DNA from: Burkholderiales bacterium
Lineage (GTDB): Bacteria > Patescibacteriota > Minisyncoccia > Phycocordibacterales > UBA9973
DNA: 64,000 nt
Direction of reading: 5' to 3'
Assembly (NCBI GenBank): GCA_023701005.1
Contig: JAMPXW010000003.1
Location: 9,148-73,147, forward strand
The notes below the pieces were generated by a model. The model ran no database searches, was not told where the DNA came from, and worked only from the letters and a program-made list of their open reading frames with translations. Shown here in pieces: positions 36,538 to 45,456 of this stretch. The position numbers and the translations under genes were made by a program. Each line of letters starts with the position of its first letter. Positions within the stretch are counted from its first letter, which is position 1.

Positions 36538-37172
36538 TCACGAGTGGGTGGTCTAAAGAATATATTTTCTAACATTCCTTGACTATTTCCTTTCAAAACC
36601 CTAATAGCGTATTTTTTACCTTTCTTAAAACATTTATCTAAAATCTTTTTGTTTTCAAAAGTTCTTATATCTCCACTATAAAAAGCCCCCATGACTTTAG
36701 CTCCAAAATAAAGAAAAAGTGCCCTCAACCAAAAAGCAGGAAAAGCAAAAAACAAAATATGCTCAGCCCAGTTTGGGGTGCCTCCAGAGACTAAAAAATA
36801 AGTTTTTAAATTGTGAAGCTTACCTACGGGCTGACCAAATTTATTTCTTTGTGTTAAATCAAGGGCAATAAACCTAATCCTGTCTATAAAATTCTTCAAA
36901 TGTGCAGGCACAGAAAAATTATAAGTGGGTGTGGCTATGACTAAACCTGAGATGTCATTTGCTATCTTGCTAACCAATTTTTTGAAATCTTTCTCCCCTT
37001 CTTCTGGGTCTTTACTATTTTCAAAACGATAACTATTTATATGAACATCTTCGAGATAAATCTTTTCTACTTCGATACCAGAAACTTCTCTCATTCCCAA
37101 AATAAAAGAATCCAACATAGTGTCAGAATTCCTTCCACGAGATGGCGAACAAGAAATAGCAAGTATTTTCAT
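36534..37172 (-). CDS. NAD(P)H-dependent FMN reductase / flavodoxin-like fold protein
   Basis: MKILAISCSPSRGRNS...ATPTYNFSVPAHLKNFIDR; ORF extends to 37190 with alternative start. Confidence 0.7.
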   Translation of the reverse strand: MKILAISCSPSRGRNSDTMLDSFILGMREVSGIEVEKIYLEDVHINSYRFENSKDPEEGEKDFKKLVSKIANDISGLVIATPTYNFSVPAHLKNFIDRIRFIALDLTQRNKFGQPVGKLHNLKTYFLVSGGTPNWAEHILFFAFPAFWLRALFLYFGAKVMGAFYSGDIRTFENKKILDKCFKKGKKYAIRVLKGNSQGMLENIFFRPPTRD

Positions 37173-37211
37173 ATCTTTATAATACAACAAATAGATTAAT
37201 TTTTCCTATAT

Positions 37212-37745
37212 TTAAGATTCTTTTTCTTCTTTGAGTTCTAGATTGATATCAAATTTTATTTCTTCTGATACAACAACTCCCCCTTTTTCAAGAGAAGCAT
37301 TCCAATTAAGACCAAAATCTTTGCGATTCAAAGAACCATTTATTTCAAAAGCCATCACATTGCCGCCATACATATCTACCATCTTCCCGTTGAACACAGC
37401 CTCAAAAATAACTTCCTTCGTCACTCCACGCATAGTCAAATCTCCAACAACTACATAATTATTATCATTTTTATTTTTTACACTTTTAGATTTGAAAGAT
37501 ATTAAGGGAAACGAAGAAGCATCAAAAAAATCAGCAGATTTCAAATGTTCATCCCTCATTTGATTGTTAGTATTTACAGTGGCCGCTTCTGCTGAAAAAG
37601 AAATCTCTGCTTTTTCAAAATTATCTTCTGGTAATACAACACTTCCTTCAAAATTACTAAAATTACCTTTTACTGTTGAGATCATCAGATGTTTGACCTT
37701 GAATCCAACTTCAGAATGCATTTTATCTATAGTCCATTTACTCAT
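37212..37745 (-). CDS. YceI-like polyisoprenoid-binding protein
   Basis: WTIDKMHSEVGFKVKHLMISTVKGNF YceI family N-terminus; ORF track start at 37760. Confidence 0.7.
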   Translation of the reverse strand: MSKWTIDKMHSEVGFKVKHLMISTVKGNFSNFEGSVVLPEDNFEKAEISFSAEAATVNTNNQMRDEHLKSADFFDASSFPLISFKSKSVKNKNDNNYVVVGDLTMRGVTKEVIFEAVFNGKMVDMYGGNVMAFEINGSLNRKDFGLNWNASLEKGGVVVSEEIKFDINLELKEEKES

Positions 37746-37840
37746 ATATTTTTTATTCATATTAATTATAATAAACTCATCTTAGACTATCTACTTTACT
37801 TTGTAAAGGACTTTACAAGTTAAAGCACAAATGCTACACT

Positions 37841-38146
37841 TTGTCCATGAAAAACAAACTTCATAATAATTGCCCTGTAGGAAGGGTCGCTTCTCTTCTC
37901 TCTGATACTTGGACCATGCTCATCATTCGAGATCTATTAAAAAAAGAGATGCGCTTTTCTGATTTAGAAAGATCTTTAGAAGGCATCAGCACTCGCACTC
38001 TAATAAAAAAAATAAAATGCCTAGAAAGTGAAGGCATCGTAGAAAAAGAAGACATGCATTATGTCATAACAAAAAGAGGAAAGAAATTAAAGAAAATAAT
38101 AGATGCTATGTCGGAATACGGCAAGACTTTACCTGCTTTAAAATAA
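37841..38146 (+). CDS. HxlR-family winged-helix transcriptional regulator
   Basis: CPVGRVASLLSDTWTMLIIRDL...RFSDLERSLEGISTRTLIKKIKCLESEGIV; divergent from yceI/FMN reductase pair. Confidence 0.8.
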   Translation: MSMKNKLHNNCPVGRVASLLSDTWTMLIIRDLLKKEMRFSDLERSLEGISTRTLIKKIKCLESEGIVEKEDMHYVITKRGKKLKKIIDAMSEYGKTLPALK

Positions 38147-38194
38147 TTTTCTAATAAATGCTAAAAACCTTCTTTTTTGATAGAATAAATAAAT

Positions 38195-38779
38195 ATGAAA
38201 AAACATCTAGAAAAATTTGTATTATTCTTACATAAGAAATATAAGATAACTCCAGACATATTAACCTACATAAGAATATTTTCTGCACCGTGGATTGCTC
38301 TACTCATTTCAAAAGTTCTTTCTGGTAAAAGTCTAAGTCTGTCTATAATCACAATAGTTATTTATATTCTTGTAGTATCTACCGACTTATTGGATGGCAT
38401 ACTAGCTCGCGCCATATCAAAAACAAATGAGCATGATCATGCTCATGGAGGAATGCTCGATAGAATAGCAGACAAAATACTCATCATCACCTTACTCATT
38501 CCTTTTGGTTTAAATCTTTTTACTTTTCTAATCATCTTGGCTGAATCGATACTTCTCTTCCATGTCTTATTTGCTCCAAGTGAAGAAAAACAAGCACACA
38601 AAGCTGGCAAAATAAAAATGATTCTTCAAACTATACTCATACCAATATTAATATTGAATACAACCATTAACATAGCTCCAGAAATGTTGGTCTATATTTA
38701 TATCATAATCACGATCATCGCTTCTTTTGTATCAGTATATTCACACTACTCACATTACTTTTATATAAAAAATGACTAA
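38195..38779 (+). CDS. pgsA: CDP-alcohol phosphatidyltransferase (PgsA-like)
   Basis: DLLDGILARAISK...HGGMLDRIADK = D(x)2DG(x)2AR...G(x)3D(x)3D motif. Confidence 0.75.
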   Translation: MKKHLEKFVLFLHKKYKITPDILTYIRIFSAPWIALLISKVLSGKSLSLSIITIVIYILVVSTDLLDGILARAISKTNEHDHAHGGMLDRIADKILIITLLIPFGLNLFTFLIILAESILLFHVLFAPSEEKQAHKAGKIKMILQTILIPILILNTTINIAPEMLVYIYIIITIIASFVSVYSHYSHYFYIKND

Positions 38780-39749
38780 CTCTATAGCTTTCAATATTTG
38801 TAGCTTATTTAGAATATGCAAAAAAACTAAAATGCCTGGCACAATAGCAAGCTTTGTAGCTTTAATATTTTCTTTTCTCTCTTATTACTTTTTCAACAAA
38901 ACAATATATATCGTTTTGTTCTTCTTTATTTTATTCTTAAGCTTTTGGGCAATAAAAAAAGTACAAGAAAAAAATGGTGTATCAGACCATCAATGGATAG
39001 GAATAGATGAATGGATAGGAATGTGGATTGCAAATATGTTTTTATTTGAATTCACTTTCAATCTTACCCAAGCAATTATTTTTTCTATAGTCGCTTTCAT
39101 TATTTTTAGAATAATAGATATCTTTAAATTTATCCCTCCCCTCCAAACAATAAATAATGAAAAAAATCAGAATGCTTTCAATGTTATCTTCGATGACTTT
39201 ATCGGAGGAATATATACATACTTTTTTATGCTATTAATTTTAGGTATTTATGATCTAAATTATCTTTATGCTTCATTCATATTGCTTTTACCAGCAATGA
39301 TAGCAAATATGACACCGGTATTATTGAAAATAAACTTTTTGAATAAATCAATAAATGAAGAAGTTTTTGGTAAAAATAAGACTTGGCGTGGATTCATAGG
39401 AGCTATAATCGTCGGAACATTTTCTTACTTTTTATTAGTTAAATATAATTTAATAGAATCCGTAGATAACCTGACTTTCATACTTTTAATCGGATTTTTA
39501 TTTAGTTTTGGAGCTATTGGTGGAGATTTAATAAAATCATATTTCAAAAGAAAAATCGGTATAAAAGCAGGAGAAAGTTTTACCCCATGGGACCAAATCG
39601 ATTATGTTTTAGGTATCATATTACTAACTTATTTCATTTACCAATATTCATTCAGCCAAATAATCTTCTTACTCATATTGGGCGGAAGTATAAGTGCATT
39701 AACTCATAGGTTGGGGTTTTTAATTAAAATGACTAAAAATAAACAATAG
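38772..39749 (+). CDS. fusion protein: phosphatidylglycerophosphatase A (PgpA) domain + CarS/DUF46-like CDP-alcohol synthase membrane domain
   Basis: N-half MPGTIASFVALIF...WIGIDEWIGMWIA (PgpA PGT and DE motifs); C-half KTWRGFIGAIIVG...GGDLIKSYFKRKIGIKAGESF resembles CarS/CdsA-type cytidylyltransferase C-terminus. Confidence 0.5.
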   Translation: MTNSIAFNICSLFRICKKTKMPGTIASFVALIFSFLSYYFFNKTIYIVLFFFILFLSFWAIKKVQEKNGVSDHQWIGIDEWIGMWIANMFLFEFTFNLTQAIIFSIVAFIIFRIIDIFKFIPPLQTINNEKNQNAFNVIFDDFIGGIYTYFFMLLILGIYDLNYLYASFILLLPAMIANMTPVLLKINFLNKSINEEVFGKNKTWRGFIGAIIVGTFSYFLLVKYNLIESVDNLTFILLIGFLFSFGAIGGDLIKSYFKRKIGIKAGESFTPWDQIDYVLGIILLTYFIYQYSFSQIIFLLILGGSISALTHRLGFLIKMTKNKQ

Positions 39750-39754
39750 CTCGT

Positions 39755-40828
39755 TTATTTCGTAATCATATCTGTAAATTTATTGAATACTTTTATAGCA
39801 TTCTCAAAAGTGTTAAAACAAAAATCATAAAATAAATCTAGCAAATGAGTATTTCTCATCTTTGGAGAATATGTGACTGAATCTTTCTTCCAATTGTCTG
39901 CAACTAAGGAAAGTTCTTTAATCAATTCTTCATCTGTAAAAAATATTCCTGATTCAATATTCAAATCAAAAGAAATAATATCAATATTTTGTGAACCCAA
40001 TATTCCCTCTTCATCATCCACCAACATCATCTTGCTGTGTATCATCTCTTTAGTTAAGAAAAATTTGATATCATGCTTATAAAGCTTCTGCATATAGAAA
40101 TAATTTGGTACATTTGCTATCTTGGGATGATCAGCCATCTCCGGCATTATTATTTCTACATTCACTCCTCTTTTGGCTGCTTTCTTCAAAGATTTTATAA
40201 GCCATCGGTTTGGCATAAAATAAGGAGTGACAATCAAAATCTTATTTTTCGCCATATCTATTTTGTCGCGATAATATTTACTAAGTCTAAAAGAATTCCT
40301 CAAAGGAGAATGTTCGAAAAACCAAACCTTCCCTTTTGATGTGCGAAATTCCTTTTCATATTTTAAAACTAAGTGATCTTTACCTCCACAATATTTATAA
40401 AGTTTAGCAAAAGATTTGATAACATATTTAACAACTTTCCCTTCTATTCTTATCTGAAGATCATCCCATTTTTTATAAAATTTAGTTATATTTATTCCAC
40501 CTACATAAGCAATCTTTTCATCTATCACAAGAATCTTTCTATGTGTGTGGCGAAATAAAGTTTTAAAAAATAAAATCTCTACACCTGCATCTCTCAACTT
40601 TTTAATAGAATTTTCAGTAAATTCTGCACTTCCAAAAGAATCCATAACTAATTTGATAGATACTCCAGATAATGCCTTCTTTTGCAAAATTTCGATGAAA
40701 TCATGACTTTCTTCTGTATTATCAACAAAAGTATACATTTCAAAGAAAATAGAGCTCTTGGCCCTATTTATAGCTTGCAACATAGCGTCCCAAGCCTTTT
40801 CTGTCTTTGTATATATCTTGTAACGCAT
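39755..40828 (-). CDS. cls: phospholipase D-family cardiolipin synthase-like protein
   Basis: two HKD motifs: HRKILVIDEKIAYVGGINI and HSKMMLVDDEEGILGSQNID. Confidence 0.8.
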   Translation of the reverse strand: MRYKIYTKTEKAWDAMLQAINRAKSSIFFEMYTFVDNTEESHDFIEILQKKALSGVSIKLVMDSFGSAEFTENSIKKLRDAGVEILFFKTLFRHTHRKILVIDEKIAYVGGINITKFYKKWDDLQIRIEGKVVKYVIKSFAKLYKYCGGKDHLVLKYEKEFRTSKGKVWFFEHSPLRNSFRLSKYYRDKIDMAKNKILIVTPYFMPNRWLIKSLKKAAKRGVNVEIIMPEMADHPKIANVPNYFYMQKLYKHDIKFFLTKEMIHSKMMLVDDEEGILGSQNIDIISFDLNIESGIFFTDEELIKELSLVADNWKKDSVTYSPKMRNTHLLDLFYDFCFNTFENAIKVFNKFTDMITK

Positions 40829-40918
40829 ATAGATCTATATTATACCTTTTACTAGATTTTGTTCAAAACAGCAAATTTGCATTTTAAAAAAAATAATATA
40901 GAATATTCTATATTGGTT

Positions 40919-40992
40919 GGGCCCTTAGCTCATCTGGCTAGAGCGCCTCATTTGCAATGAGGAGGTGGCAGGTTCGAGTCCTGTAGGGTCCA
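40919..40992 (+). tRNA. tRNA-Ala(UGC)
   Basis: cloverleaf: GGGCCCT acceptor (G3:U70), D-arm GCTC/GAGC, anticodon stem CCTCA/TGAGG loop TTTGCAA, T-loop TTCGAGT, discriminator A; no encoded CCA. Confidence 0.85.
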
Positions 40993-41003
40993 CGCGTAAA
41001 AAA

Positions 41004-41030
41004 AGAGTTCCACAAAGTGGGACTCTTTTT
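41004..41030 (+). terminator. terminator after tRNA-Ala
   Basis: agagttccac-aaa-gtgggactct + T5. Confidence 0.65.
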
Positions 41031-41151
41031 GCGTGAACCCTAAGTAAGCAAACTGCTTTGCTTACGTCAGGACGAGAAAAGCTTTTTGTTATAAATTGGG
41101 ATTTAATAATCCTAATTTATCTAAAAGGTATACTGGTCATGTAATGACCGA

Positions 41152-41169
41152 GATTCCTGTAGGGTCCAC
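41152..41169 (+). repeat. direct repeat of tRNA-Ala 3' end (gattcctgtagggtccac vs gagtcctgtagggtccac at 40976-40993)
   Basis: 17/18 identity, 160 nt downstream of the tRNA. Confidence 0.55.
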
Positions 41170-41179
41170 AAAAAGAAAA

Positions 41180-41211
41180 AGCGTGAATAATTTTATTTTC
41201 ACGCTTTTTTA
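41180..41211. terminator. bidirectional terminator agcgtgaa/ttcacgct
   Basis: 8-bp stem with A/T runs on both sides; downstream of minus-strand sigma factor gene. Confidence 0.55.
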
Positions 41212-41258
41212 TTTTAATAAAAATGCAAATTTAAAGAGGCAGTTTTCTGCCTCTTTTC

Positions 41259-41900
41259 TTAATTATAACTAGACAACTTTAACTTTAATTTATTAAGAAT
41301 ACGCGAATGAAGTTGGGAAACCCTAGAGATTGTTATACTCAGAACTTGAGCAATATCTTTGTAGTTCAGACATTCATAATAATACAAAGAAAGTACTGTT
41401 CTTTCTCTTTCGTCCAATTCTTTAATTAACTCCAGCATTCTCTTTTTTAACTCTTTTTTCTCTAAAATTAAATCTGGTTTTAAAGAAGAAAAATCCTCTA
41501 AAACTTGATAGAGTTGCAAACCATCAGGATCACCAACCTCAACTGAATGGTTAAGAGAAAAATTAGATGTTGGAAATATTGTCGTTGCATATACATCAAA
41601 TTCTTCTTGCTTAGGAAAATATTTACGAATATTATCAAGTATTTCACCTCTAATTCTTTGAATGGCATAAGTTTCAAACTTTGTGCCATGGTCTGGGTCA
41701 AATCTATCAACCGCTTCACTTAAACCCTCAATTCCAAACTGAAAATAATCTTGTCTTTCTAATAAAACAGTAGGAATCAAATTTGCTTTATTAATTATAT
41801 AATGGACCAAATTCTGATACCGCAAAATTATTTCCTTTTTTAATTTAGGGGTTGGATTCTTTTTATAAGAAGCCCAAAGCTCTTGATTAATGGTGTCCAT
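41259..41900 (-). CDS. RNA polymerase sigma factor, sigma-70 family (group 3, FliA/SigD-like)
   Basis: region 2 FETYAIQRIRGEI, region 4 ERERTVLSLYYYECLNYKDIAQVLSITISRVSQLHSRILNKLK; start set at MDTINQ (ORF track extends to 42029). Confidence 0.75.
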   Translation of the reverse strand: MDTINQELWASYKKNPTPKLKKEIILRYQNLVHYIINKANLIPTVLLERQDYFQFGIEGLSEAVDRFDPDHGTKFETYAIQRIRGEILDNIRKYFPKQEEFDVYATTIFPTSNFSLNHSVEVGDPDGLQLYQVLEDFSSLKPDLILEKKELKKRMLELIKELDERERTVLSLYYYECLNYKDIAQVLSITISRVSQLHSRILNKLKLKLSSYN

Positions 41901-42104
41901 TTTAATACTCCTTTTGGCTGGTTTTTGTATTTTTTTTATAAATTTACTAAATATATCTGATATAAATATAACATACAAAAGCTGTTTAGTCAAAACAAAA
42001 GCCCACCTTGCGGTGGGCTTTTGCGGCACTTATGTTGTTTACGATAAATGTAAGTTTTACCTCACACTCACAAAAAGAGTATAGCATACTTGAAATAAAA
42101 AAGC

Positions 42105-42435
42105 AAGTCTGGTAAGATAATACCGGTCCTGTATTGAATAGTTGCGCTCCGGCCTCGGCTGGAGTGAGGAAAGTCCGAACACATAGTCTCGGCTTAGGCC
42201 TTAGACAAGCGTAGTGGGTAACGCCCATCGGGAGCAATCCCAGAGTTGAGAACAGTGACGAACCGATTTAGTTCGGGTGAAACGGCAAAATACTTACGTG
42301 TGTGCAAGATCGTGTTCTGCGAAGCTTCATGCGAAGCAGAAAGAATCGCTTGAGCCCGAGCGTAAGCGAGGGCCTAGACAAATAACTATTGCCTTTATTG
42401 GTACAGAATTCGGCTTATAGATACAAGGCTCACAT
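42105..42435 (+). ncRNA. rnpB: RNase P RNA, bacterial type A
   Basis: GAGGAAAGUCCGAAC (P4 5' strand), GGGUAACGCC, GGGUGAAACGG, GCUUGAGCC, ACAGAAUUCGGCUUA (P4 3' strand) in canonical order; ends approximate (+/-20 nt). Confidence 0.85.
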
Positions 42436-42438
42436 ATG

Positions 42439-42470
42439 AAAAATCCTCTCGCAAGAGAGGATTTTTCTAT
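42439..42470. terminator. bidirectional terminator after rnpB / nrdJ
   Basis: aaaaatcctctc-gcaa-gagaggattttt. Confidence 0.7.
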
Positions 42471-42483
42471 TTTAAATTAACAT

Positions 42484-44850
42484 TTATTCTTTAGCTCCAT
42501 CTACCTTATCTTTCTTCCCTTCTTCTGCTAATATATCGTCGATAGAACAAACTCCTGAGACACAAGCAAACTCTTTGGCTCCTACAGTATTGTCTTCTTG
42601 CTCGTAATAAACAAGTTTAGAAAAATCAATATGTTTTATTTCTTTCATTCTATTTGCATATTCTTCTTTTGAAATCTCTTCATAAGGAGCGAGCTGATAA
42701 ACATGCTCTGAACGAGGAAGGAAAGAAAGTCCTCCTACTATATCCCAATTTTCATAAATAAAGTTCGCAACTTTTATCCATTCATCTTCTCCGACATAAA
42801 TAGTGACTGAAGGATTGTGTTCAATATAATTTATTTTTAATCTCTTCCATTCATTCAACAAATCAATTGCTGATACTTGGTCGCGAGTCACAGCTCCTTC
42901 TGGGGCTTTTATCGGAAATTCAACAACAGCAACTGTAGAATTTGCAGTAGAATATCCAACTTCAGCTTTGAAAGGCACGCCTTGATCTTTTATCAATTGG
43001 AAAAGAGGATCGTTGGTAGAAATACGAACACGTCTAATATAATATTTTGCATACCATGGATGCATTCCTGATCCGACATAAAGAAGTTGTCCTGAATTAC
43101 CATGAGGCTTGATAGTGGTTATGCATGTAGAACTATTTATACCAAACTTTTTTGCAAATTCTTTATTTACTTTTATTGATTCTTCTCTAAGATCTGACAA
43201 AACTTTATCTGTTCTTATAGTTTTATTGTCGTAATATCCAGTAATAGAAACTCCAAGCAAAGCTTCTTCATCACAATTATTTTTCCATTCTTTAGATAAA
43301 TAACCGAAGTTGGTCAAAGTAGCTTGATAAGTACCTAATATAGTAGAAAGTCTAACTTTCCTCTTCAAATCAGCTACAGTGTCTCTAGGACGCACTACAA
43401 TAGATGTAAGATTACAGAATTGTTTAGAGCGTAGTGTAATCTCTCCACACGGATTTGAACCAGGTAAATCTACAATCGTATTTTGATCATCTATTATTCC
43501 AGCTTTCTTCCAATTGTCTATTCGACGTTTTGGAAGCTGAGTCATAAGACCACCTCTATTGAAGATACCTCTCTCTCCTGTGCCTGATTTGATCAATTCT
43601 ATCCATTCATTCAAAAATTCTGAAGCTGAAGGTTTTTGATTATATACAGCAGAATTATTTGCCATACTACGCTGACCATTGTCTACCCAAAATTGTCCTT
43701 GTTTAGACTTACGCATTGATTCATCATCAATATCTGACAAAGAGATAAGGGCACTACGACGTACACCACCCGCAACGACGATCAGACCAATCTGGCAAAC
43801 GATATCATGAAGATCTAAGTTTGTAAGACGTTTACCTTGTCTAGCTAAGATTTTCTTTTTTGTAAAATTAATCAAATCGATAAGTGGTTGCGGACCTGAA
43901 GCTCTTCCTCCAGCTACTTTCAACCTTGCTCCTGATGGACGAATTTTACTGAAATCAAAATCTACATCATAACCATCCGCCCAAGCTTTACATCCCAACA
44001 CATATGCATCCGCCCAACCTTCTTTGCTATCAGCTACTACATGAGTAGCAAGCTTCTTGCCTGTTTGTCTTTTTATTTGTGGAAACTTTTGAACTGTCTC
44101 TGATTCAACAGAAAAACCCAACCCTGCTCCACACATAAGTATATACATTATCTCTCCCAAATCTTGCCAAGCTGAAGGTGCTACGTAAGAACAATTGTAA
44201 GCCCACACATTCGTCTTGTCACAAGCTTCACCTGCAGACCAAAGCAATCGCATTGATGGACAAACTTCTTGTTTTAAAATTGCTTCTCTAACATCTGAGT
44301 AATCTTTCGTAGACATTTTGTTGCCAAGATTTTTCTTCATGTAGGCCATAAAACGGTCAATCGTCTCTATCCATGTTTCTCTTCTTCCTAAACCATCTTG
44401 CCATTTTGAATATGTTCTATAAAAAATAAATTCTTCATATGAACTAACAAAGTAAGAACTTGAATCATCAAAGACTTTTTTACTCTCTGTTGGTATTATG
44501 CCTACTTCTTTTCTCAATTCTGCTCTTTTTGATCTATATAAAATATAAGATTTAGCAGTGGTATGGTATCCCATATCCATTAAAAGAGCTTCAACTAAAT
44601 CTTGTATCATTTCTACTGTTGGAGTGAAATTTTTATCAGTGCTTTTAGATTTTATTTGAATTAATTTATAAAAAACTTTTGTTGCAACATCTTTCGCTTC
44701 TTTTTTCTCTCCTTCTTTCGTCTCAATAAAAGCTTTATATACAGCATCCGCTATCTTATTTATATTGAAAGGAATAATTTCTCCTTCACGATTACGAACA
44801 TTTTTAATCTTGTTTAATTCTTTTTTGCCCAAAATAAAATCTTTTTCCAT
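42484..44850 (-). CDS. nrdJ: ribonucleotide reductase large chain with N-terminal ATP-cone (class II NrdJ-like; class I NrdA not excluded)
   Basis: ATP-cone GEIIPFNINKIADAV, active site NPCGEITL, C-terminal CVSGVC pair; no adjacent small subunit gene. Confidence 0.65.
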   Translation of the reverse strand: MEKDFILGKKELNKIKNVRNREGEIIPFNINKIADAVYKAFIETKEGEKKEAKDVATKVFYKLIQIKSKSTDKNFTPTVEMIQDLVEALLMDMGYHTTAKSYILYRSKRAELRKEVGIIPTESKKVFDDSSSYFVSSYEEFIFYRTYSKWQDGLGRRETWIETIDRFMAYMKKNLGNKMSTKDYSDVREAILKQEVCPSMRLLWSAGEACDKTNVWAYNCSYVAPSAWQDLGEIMYILMCGAGLGFSVESETVQKFPQIKRQTGKKLATHVVADSKEGWADAYVLGCKAWADGYDVDFDFSKIRPSGARLKVAGGRASGPQPLIDLINFTKKKILARQGKRLTNLDLHDIVCQIGLIVVAGGVRRSALISLSDIDDESMRKSKQGQFWVDNGQRSMANNSAVYNQKPSASEFLNEWIELIKSGTGERGIFNRGGLMTQLPKRRIDNWKKAGIIDDQNTIVDLPGSNPCGEITLRSKQFCNLTSIVVRPRDTVADLKRKVRLSTILGTYQATLTNFGYLSKEWKNNCDEEALLGVSITGYYDNKTIRTDKVLSDLREESIKVNKEFAKKFGINSSTCITTIKPHGNSGQLLYVGSGMHPWYAKYYIRRVRISTNDPLFQLIKDQGVPFKAEVGYSTANSTVAVVEFPIKAPEGAVTRDQVSAIDLLNEWKRLKINYIEHNPSVTIYVGEDEWIKVANFIYENWDIVGGLSFLPRSEHVYQLAPYEEISKEEYANRMKEIKHIDFSKLVYYEQEDNTVGAKEFACVSGVCSIDDILAEEGKKDKVDGAKE

Positions 44851-44970
44851 AGCATGATTATACACAACTTCTGATAGATAAAACTAGTGGAAAACAGACA
44901 AAAATCTCACAAAAAAACAGTTAAAAATAACTGTAAATAGCATTCCTCTTAGAGGCTGAAATGGCAAGCT

Positions 44971-45456
44971 TTAAGAGGCCAAAAATTTCACAAAATCTCC
45001 GACTTTTAAATTATTCTTTTCAGAAAACAAGCTATTAACTTCCAAAACATACCTGGCTTTCTTATTTGGGAAAAATGTTTCTGGGTATGATTCTGGTGTC
45101 GCATTTTCTTTAATATAAACAACTCGAAAATCTTCATCAATCCAAATTATATCAATAGCAAAATTCATATCTTTCATCCAAAAAGGATATTCATCAGAAT
45201 AATTAAAAACAAAAAGTAATCCCTCGTCTTTTTTTAATTCTTTTCTACCAGAAAGACCTTTCTCCCATCTGTCTGGAGTAGAAGCTGTCTCTACTTTCAG
45301 AGTTTCTCCCGCAATTTTTACATATTTTATAGTATTTACATCATTTCTCGTTGTCCAAGTTTTATTTGGAGACGCAAAAAAGAATATTGTAACAATAAAT
45401 GTCACAACTATCACAAAATAAAAGAGATTTTTATTTATGTTCTCCATTCCATCCAA
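44971..45456 (-). CDS. DUF192 (COG1430) secreted protein
   Basis: GLLFVFNYSDEYPFWMKDMNFAIDIIWID matches DUF192 core. Confidence 0.6.
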   Translation of the reverse strand: MDGMENINKNLFYFVIVVTFIVTIFFFASPNKTWTTRNDVNTIKYVKIAGETLKVETASTPDRWEKGLSGRKELKKDEGLLFVFNYSDEYPFWMKDMNFAIDIIWIDEDFRVVYIKENATPESYPETFFPNKKARYVLEVNSLFSEKNNLKVGDFVKFLAS

